Shown: positions 58,591 through 64,000 of the stretch, piece after piece
Layout: the number at the start of each line of letters is the position of its first letter
Position numbering within the stretch: position 1 is the stretch's first letter
Notes under the pieces: generated by a model
Database searches by the model: none
What the model was told of the DNA's origin: nothing
Seen by the model: only the letters and a program-made list of their open reading frames with translations
DNA from: Nitrospirota bacterium
Lineage (GTDB): Bacteria > Nitrospirota > UBA9217
Direction: 5' to 3'
NCBI GenBank assembly: GCA_963754875.1
Contig: CAVWHO010000016.1
Span: 544,001-608,000, forward strand
DNA length: 64,000 nucleotides
Position numbers and translations under genes: made by a program

Positions 58591-60850
58591 CTACACGAAC
58601 TTCACCGCCTTTACCGCCTTGAGCCCCACGCTGCCGCGGGTCATGACGCCGTAATCCTTGAGGTCGATCACCTTCTCCTTGCCCTTCTCGTCGATCACTT
58701 TCACCTGCTGGCCCTTGCGCACGGAGCGGAAGAGCGCCACCTCGCCGTTCTTTACGTTCACGAGCTTGACTCCCTTGCCTGCGCCGGTGAGGACGGGGAT
58801 GTCCTTTGCCGCTACCACGACGGCCTTTCCTTCCAAGGTGAGGAACAGAACGTTCGGCAGATCGAGGATGTCCACGCCCATGATGCTGTCGCCCGACTTT
58901 ACGCCGGCAAACTTTTTCCCTGCCCGGGTCGTCACGGCATTGAACTGCCCCAGGTCGAAGGCGAAGCCGATGCCGTGGCTGGATACGGTGAGCACCGTCA
59001 CTTCACGGGGCGCCAGAGCGAGTTCCGCTTGCTTGTCCTTTCCTGCCTCCTCCGGCGTGCCGGTAAAGACGATCGTAAAATTCATGGTCGCGATCGGCCG
59101 CTCGCCGTCGCCGAATTTGAAGAGGTGCTGCACCGGCTCGCCGAACCCGGAGCCTGACGGAAGGTCGTAGGCTTTCATCACATAGACCTTGCCTGCGGAA
59201 GAGAAGATGGCGATGTTGTCCCTGGTGTTCGCAGGCAAGAGGGCCAGCAGCTCGTCGCCTTCCTTGAAACGTAGGTTTTCGCCAACGGTCTTGACGCGCC
59301 TGATCCAGCCCATCTTCGTCATGATCACGGTCACGTCCTCGTGGGCGAGGAAATCCTCCTGCGAAAATTCAACGTCCTCTGCGGCCTTCATCACGGACCT
59401 GCGCTTGTCTCCGTATTGCTCCTTGATGCTCAGAAGCTCGGACTTGATCAGGCCCCAGATCTTCTTCGGGCTGGCCAGGATCGCTTCGATGTCCTTCCTC
59501 AGCTTGGTCTTCTCCGCTTTCTCCTTCAGGATGCGGTCGATCTCAAGGCCGGCAAGCCGGTAGAGCTGCATTTCAAGGATCGCTTTCACCTGCTCGTCGT
59601 CGAGCTTGAAATGTTTTTTCAGCTTCTCCGCGGCGTCCTCCCTCGATTTTGACTTGCGGATGATCTTGATCGCCGTATCGAGGTCGTCGTAGAGCTTTTC
59701 AAAGGCCGCCAGGATATGGAGCCGGGCCTTCAGGATCCGCAGATCGAAGTTGAGCCGCTTCTTGATCACGTCGTTCCGGAACTCGAGGAAGTAGCGCATC
59801 ACTTCCTTGAGCGGCAGCCTTTCAGGCTCCATATTCGGCTTGAGCGCCGTGAAGTTCATGGGAAAGGAGGACTCGAGGTCCGAAGTGCTTGAAGAGGTAG
59901 GCGGTCACCATCTCCGGGTTCGTTTCGGCCTTGAGCTCGATCACGATCCGAACAATGTCCGTAGATTCGTCGCGCACCGTCGAGACCTGCGGCAGCTTCT
60001 TGTCCTCCATGAGACCGATCATCTTCTCGAGCAGCTTTGCCTTGTTCACGAGGTAGGGAATGGAATGGAAGACGATGGCCTGCCTACCGCGCGGAAGGTC
60101 TTCAACGGTGTATTCGCCGCGGATCCGGATCGCGCCGCTCCCGGACTGATAGATCTCTTTGAGTTCCTTTTTGGAATTCAGGATCTGGCCGGAGGTCGGG
60201 AAATCCGGCCCCTTGATATGCTTCAGAAGGTCTTTGACGTCGATATCGGGATTGTCGATCATGGCAGCAAGGCCGTCGATCACCTCACCGAGATTATGTG
60301 GCGGGAAGGAGCAGCTCATGCCCACTGCGATGCCTGACGTGCCGTTCACGAGGAGCTGCGGAAAACGCGCCGGGAGGACCACCGGTTCCTTGAGCGAGTT
60401 GTCGTAGTTCGCCCGGAAGCCCACGGTTTCCTTGTCGATCTCGACCAGAAGCTCTTCGGCGAGGTGCGACAACCGGGCTTCCGTATACCGCATTGCCGCA
60501 GCCGGATCGCCGTCGAGGCTCCCGAAGTTTCCCGAGCCTTCGACGAGGGGGTAGCGGAGCGAGAACGGCTGCGCCATTCTGACCATGGCGTCATAGGCGG
60601 CCTGGTCGCCATGGGGGTGGAACTTGCCGAGGACCTCTCCGACCACGGCCGCGCTTTTTCGGAATTTCGCTGTTGGGCCGAGGCCCATTTCCCACATGGC
60701 AAAGAGGATCCTCCGGTGCACGGGCTTCAGTCCGTCGCGCACGTCAGGCAGAGACCGTGAAACGATGGTGGAAAGCGCATAGGTAAGGAAACGGTTCTCA
60801 ACCTCGGAATGCAGCGCTGTCGTCAGGATCGTGTCTTCTTTTATCGGCAT
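58591..60850 (-). CDS. parC: Type IIA topoisomerase subunit A, ParC-like (about 752 aa); single extra base at 59883-59884
   Basis: [32 protein letters not shown]; removing one base joins [14 protein letters not shown]; short CTD without a canonical GyrA-box. Confidence 0.8.
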
Positions 60851-60979
60851 CTGGTGTCCCTTTCTTTAACGAAAATGCGTCAGCTGGATGATAAATATTT
60901 CTTTCTGGGCACGCATTGTACCACAAAAAGTGAGTTATTTTCAAAGTAAGTTTGGATAAAGTAGTGTATAATATTTCCC

Positions 60980-61849
60980 ATGATCAACCTGTTCCTTCAT
61001 CACGCAGAGTCATTCAGCAGTGAAGCATTTGAATGCGGCAACTGCGGCCAGGATTTTAGTGCTACAATCATTAACTGGGTGGACGTTTCCAATACACCTC
61101 AGGCAAGACAAACACTGTCAAAATGGCAGTTCAATGTCATCCAGTGCCCGCACTGCGGGTGCCGTCATTTTTCCGGAACTCCCTTTTTCTATGAAGACTT
61201 CGAGGACGGGCTTCTGATCGCCGTATTTCCCCACGTGCCCGAGAAACGGGGAGAGGCCGAAACGACGATCCGGAGAAAATACGGTTACTACCCCGTTCTT
61301 GAATTCTTTTACGACATGACGCAGATATGGATGCTGCTCTATTTCCAGGAGCACTACAAGCAGACCACGAATCTGCGCTCACTTTCACGGCTCGGTTCGG
61401 GAGAGGAGCGTCTCCACAAGATCCTCCGGTTCCTGAAGGAAAACCAGCTCATGATCGACATCCGGGAAGCCCTAACTGAATCTTTTTTTGACGACAGCGC
61501 CAGTGAAAGGCTGACTGAGCTCCTGGGGCAGGCCATCTACATGCTCGAAGAAATGCTGCCCTGGCCCCTGGACCACCGTTGTGTCTGCGGAGGGGACCTG
61601 GCAGGAGAACTTGTCTGCTGCAACAGCCGGATCAACATCAAGGAACATCAGCATCTTCTGTCGAAACACTACATCATTTATTGCCCAACCTGCAAGGAAG
61701 CGCTGTCCGGAGCGTCCTGCGCGCAGTGCGGCCGGGTTTATACCTGGAGACTCGGGACGGTGTCAACACACCGAAGCAGGGAAAAATCCCAGAAACGAAA
61801 ATCGGTGATGTCACACACGTTCCCCCCGATTAAAGAAAGCAGGCCCTGA
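60980..61849 (+). CDS. CpXC-domain zinc-ribbon protein
   Basis: CGNCG...CPHCG N-terminus; CVCG, CC, CPTC, CAQCG C-terminus; TATAAT 7 nt before the ATG with no SD. Confidence 0.75.
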   Translation: MINLFLHHAESFSSEAFECGNCGQDFSATIINWVDVSNTPQARQTLSKWQFNVIQCPHCGCRHFSGTPFFYEDFEDGLLIAVFPHVPEKRGEAETTIRRKYGYYPVLEFFYDMTQIWMLLYFQEHYKQTTNLRSLSRLGSGEERLHKILRFLKENQLMIDIREALTESFFDDSASERLTELLGQAIYMLEEMLPWPLDHRCVCGGDLAGELVCCNSRINIKEHQHLLSKHYIIYCPTCKEALSGASCAQCGRVYTWRLGTVSTHRSREKSQKRKSVMSHTFPPIKESRP

Positions 61850-62141
61850 ACGTTTCCGCATCGCCTTGTCCTTTTCCCGGGAGCATGCCAGGATGATTTC
61901 AAGCCGGACCACAGAAACTTACTTCTTTTTTCATCCCTGATCCGCCCCCTGCACCCTCAACACTGATGTTTGTTTTGCCGGAACGCGACGCAGATCCATT
62001 TAATGCAGCCGTCCCTTCTGGATGGTTACCTTAATATAATGATCTCTTCGCAGAGCGGGGCTCACTGCTTAAATACTGTTGTTCTTTACTTCGTGAACTT
62101 CCTTAACCGAACGTATTTACGAATAGCCTATCCATAAATGC

Positions 62142-62170
62142 AAAAGGCGGTGATTGCTCACCGCCTTCTT
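62142..62170. terminator. Intrinsic terminator, probably bidirectional
   Basis: aaggcggtga-ttgc-tcaccgcctt. Confidence 0.75.
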
Positions 62171-62211
62171 GGTAAACTCTGCAGCCCTTTCTTCCGCTCA
62201 TACTTCTCGTC

Positions 62212-62529
62212 TTACGCCTTTTCCGCGACCGCCTTCCGTTCTCTGACTGCCGCGGGAGCTGCTACCACAAAGCCGATCGCCGTACCCATGAGGCCGCCTA
62301 CCACGAGGCACACGGCCGCCGCGCAGGAGATGCCGACTACGATACCCATCACGATCGCCACTCGCACGAAGAGGGTCGGTTCCACCATCCCGCCCAGCAG
62401 CTTCTGGAGCAGGATCAGCGTCCCATAGGACCCGAAATAAAATCCCGGCATGATGCCGAACACCAGAAACACCAGCCCGCCCATTGTTGCACCGATCTTC
62501 ATCCCTGTTTTTACTGTCTCGTTTTTCAT
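62212..62529 (-). CDS. Small Gly-rich membrane protein, paralogue B
   Basis: KTGMKIGATMGGLVFLVFGIMPGFYFGSYG...VEPTLFVRV; AAGGAG RBS. Confidence 0.8.
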   Translation of the reverse strand: MKNETVKTGMKIGATMGGLVFLVFGIMPGFYFGSYGTLILLQKLLGGMVEPTLFVRVAIVMGIVVGISCAAAVCLVVGGLMGTAIGFVVAAPAAVRERKAVAEKA

Positions 62530-62531
62530 GA

Positions 62532-62846
62532 CTATCTCCTTCCGGCCGCAGCCAAAGTATTCTCCTGGACGGACGTGCCGACAGCTGCGCCGACGAGCCA
62601 TCCAATGGTCGATGTTGCAGTTACAATCACGATCCCCGCTACAAGGACGCCCAGAAGCATTCCCATAAGGACAACCACTCTGGAAAGAAGCCCCGGTTCG
62701 AGAGGAAGCCCGAAGAGCAGGCCGGCGATTTGGATCCCTGCCGCGCCGCCGAGAAGACTACCGGGGAGTAATCCAAACAGTCCGAACAGCACCAACCCCG
62801 CTCCTGCACCGATGTAAGCACCCGATTTTGTCATTGTGGTCTTCAT
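62532..62846 (-). CDS. Small Gly-rich membrane protein, paralogue A
   Basis: KSGAYIGAGAGLVLFGLFGLLPGSLLGGAAG...LEPGLLSRV; AAGGAGG RBS. Confidence 0.8.
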   Translation of the reverse strand: MKTTMTKSGAYIGAGAGLVLFGLFGLLPGSLLGGAAGIQIAGLLFGLPLEPGLLSRVVVLMGMLLGVLVAGIVIVTATSTIGWLVGAAVGTSVQENTLAAAGRR

Positions 62847-62884
62847 TTTCGTATCCTCCTTTGTGTTCAGTCTTGCTTTCGTAG

Positions 62885-62902
62885 TTGCATCATGTGTGCC
62901 AA
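62885..62902 (-). promoter_or_regulatory. sigma54 (-24/-12) promoter
   Basis: TTGGCAC-ACATG-ATGCAA on the minus strand, GG-N10-GC spacing, about 40 bp before the ATG. Confidence 0.8.
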
Positions 62903-63209
62903 AAGGTAACGCGCTGAATTTTCAAGAAACACAGTGCGAGGAGCTTTTGCAGAAGTGAGAAGGCAGGTGCTTTTTTTTTAGAGATGCGAAAATGTGTTGC
63001 AGATTGAAGGGGGAAAATGCGGCTTTATTTAAGTCAATAAATATCGCAACAGATGAACTACGGGGCAACAGGTACGCACTTATCTGAAAAAAAGCGGTTG
63101 ATATGAATATGCGCAACTTGGAAGAGCCCTTCCCTCTGCCAAGGGGTGTTCGATGGGTGATTTCAGTTGGATTTCAGAGGTAATAAATTTTCGCTGCACT
63201 ACCTCAGGA

Positions 63210-64000
63210 TCAACCCCGCAGATGGCAGTCTACGAAGTGGCCGCCTCCGAGGTCAGTGGTCCTCGGTACGATCTTGTCGCAGGGTTCGAAGCGGTAGATG
63301 CAGCGGGTGTGGAAGCGGCAGCCGGGCGGGATCTGGGTCGGGCTCGGGATATCTCCCTTGAGCAGGATGTGCTTTTTCCTGAGCGTTGGGTCCGCCACCG
63401 GGATGTCGGCCAGCAGCGCTTCGGTGTAGGGATGCGAAGGATTACGGTAGATCGCTTCCGCGGGCGCCTGTTCCATGATCTTGCCGAGGTACATCACAAC
63501 GACCTTGTCGGAGAAGTGGCGCACGATGTTGAGATCGTGGGCGATGAACAGGAAGGAGAGTTTCAGTTCATCGCGCAAATCTTCAAGGAGATTGATGATC
63601 TGCGCCTGGACCGAAACATCGAGCGCAGATACAGGCTCGTCCGCCACGATAAACGACGGTCCGCTCGCGAGCGCCCGGGCAATGCCGATGCGCTGCCGCT
63701 GGCCGCCGGAAAATTCATGCGGGTATCGCCGGAGCGCGTCAACGGGCATTCCCACCTTTGCAAGCAGCGCCGCCCCCCGCTCTTCAAGCTCATGGTCCTT
63801 TGCCAGGCCGTGGATTACCAGGGGCTCGGTGATGATCTCCTGGATCCGCATGCGGGGATTGAGGGACGCAAAGGGGTCCTGAAAGATGATCTGCATGTTC
63901 TTTCGGAGCGACCGAAGTTCCTTTTTCCCGAGCAGATTGAGGTTCCTGCCGTCGAAGTACACGTTGCCCGAAGTCGGCTCAAGGAGCCGGAGCGCGAGCC
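63210..64000 (-). CDS. Oligopeptide/dipeptide ABC transporter ATP-binding subunit (OppF/DppF type), 5' partial
   Basis: IIFQDPFASLNPR, FSGGQRQR, ADEPVSALD, HPYT, PPGCRFHTRC...CH. Confidence 0.95.
   Translation of the reverse strand, partial: LALRLLEPTSGNVYFDGRNLNLLGKKELRSLRKNMQIIFQDPFASLNPRMRIQEIITEPLVIHGLAKDHELEERGAALLAKVGMPVDALRRYPHEFSGGQRQRIGIARALASGPSFIVADEPVSALDVSVQAQIINLLEDLRDELKLSFLFIAHDLNIVRHFSDKVVVMYLGKIMEQAPAEAIYRNPSHPYTEALLADIPVADPTLRKKHILLKGDIPSPTQIPPGCRFHTRCIYRFEPCDKIVPRTTDLGGGHFVDCHLRG

Noticed and set aside
59822..59890. Programmed frameshift or naturally split topoisomerase A subunit
   Set aside because: No slippery sequence; deleting one base restores a continuous canonical protein, so an assembly indel is more likely
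1..64000. CRISPR array, tRNA or rRNA genes, prophage
   Set aside because: No repeat-spacer periodicity, cloverleafs, rRNA signatures or phage genes found by eye

Overview
A 64 kb, GC-rich stretch of an anaerobic bacterial chromosome. Gene content and order suggest a sulfate-reducing Nitrospirota/Desulfobacterota-type organism (inference). Left third, core metabolism: guaA, a K+-independent H+-pyrophosphatase (hppA) and a co-oriented adk-sat-aprBA-qmoABC sulfate-activation/APS-reduction cluster. Middle: a complete IS630 element, a hybrid histidine kinase, an aor-moaD-radical SAM module, cysM and envelope genes. Right half, accessory: (i) a leuA-containing operon (methyltransferase, leuA, EamA, chorismate mutase-GNAT fusion, aminotransferase) headed by an unannotated, apparently leaderless 28-codon leader peptide with terminator/antiterminator; (ii) an ECF sigma factor with a Cys-rich tail and no anti-sigma, embedded among four Cys-rich DUF3795-type paralogues, with a matching ECF promoter motif occurring twice in the window; (iii) the mercury-methylation genes hgcA-hgcB with an upstream AbrB-like gene. 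A parC-like gene, two sigma54-driven small membrane proteins and a partial peptide ABC ATPase close the window. Several single-base frameshifts in otherwise intact genes point to assembly indels. All calls come from reading motifs by eye; no database searches were run.
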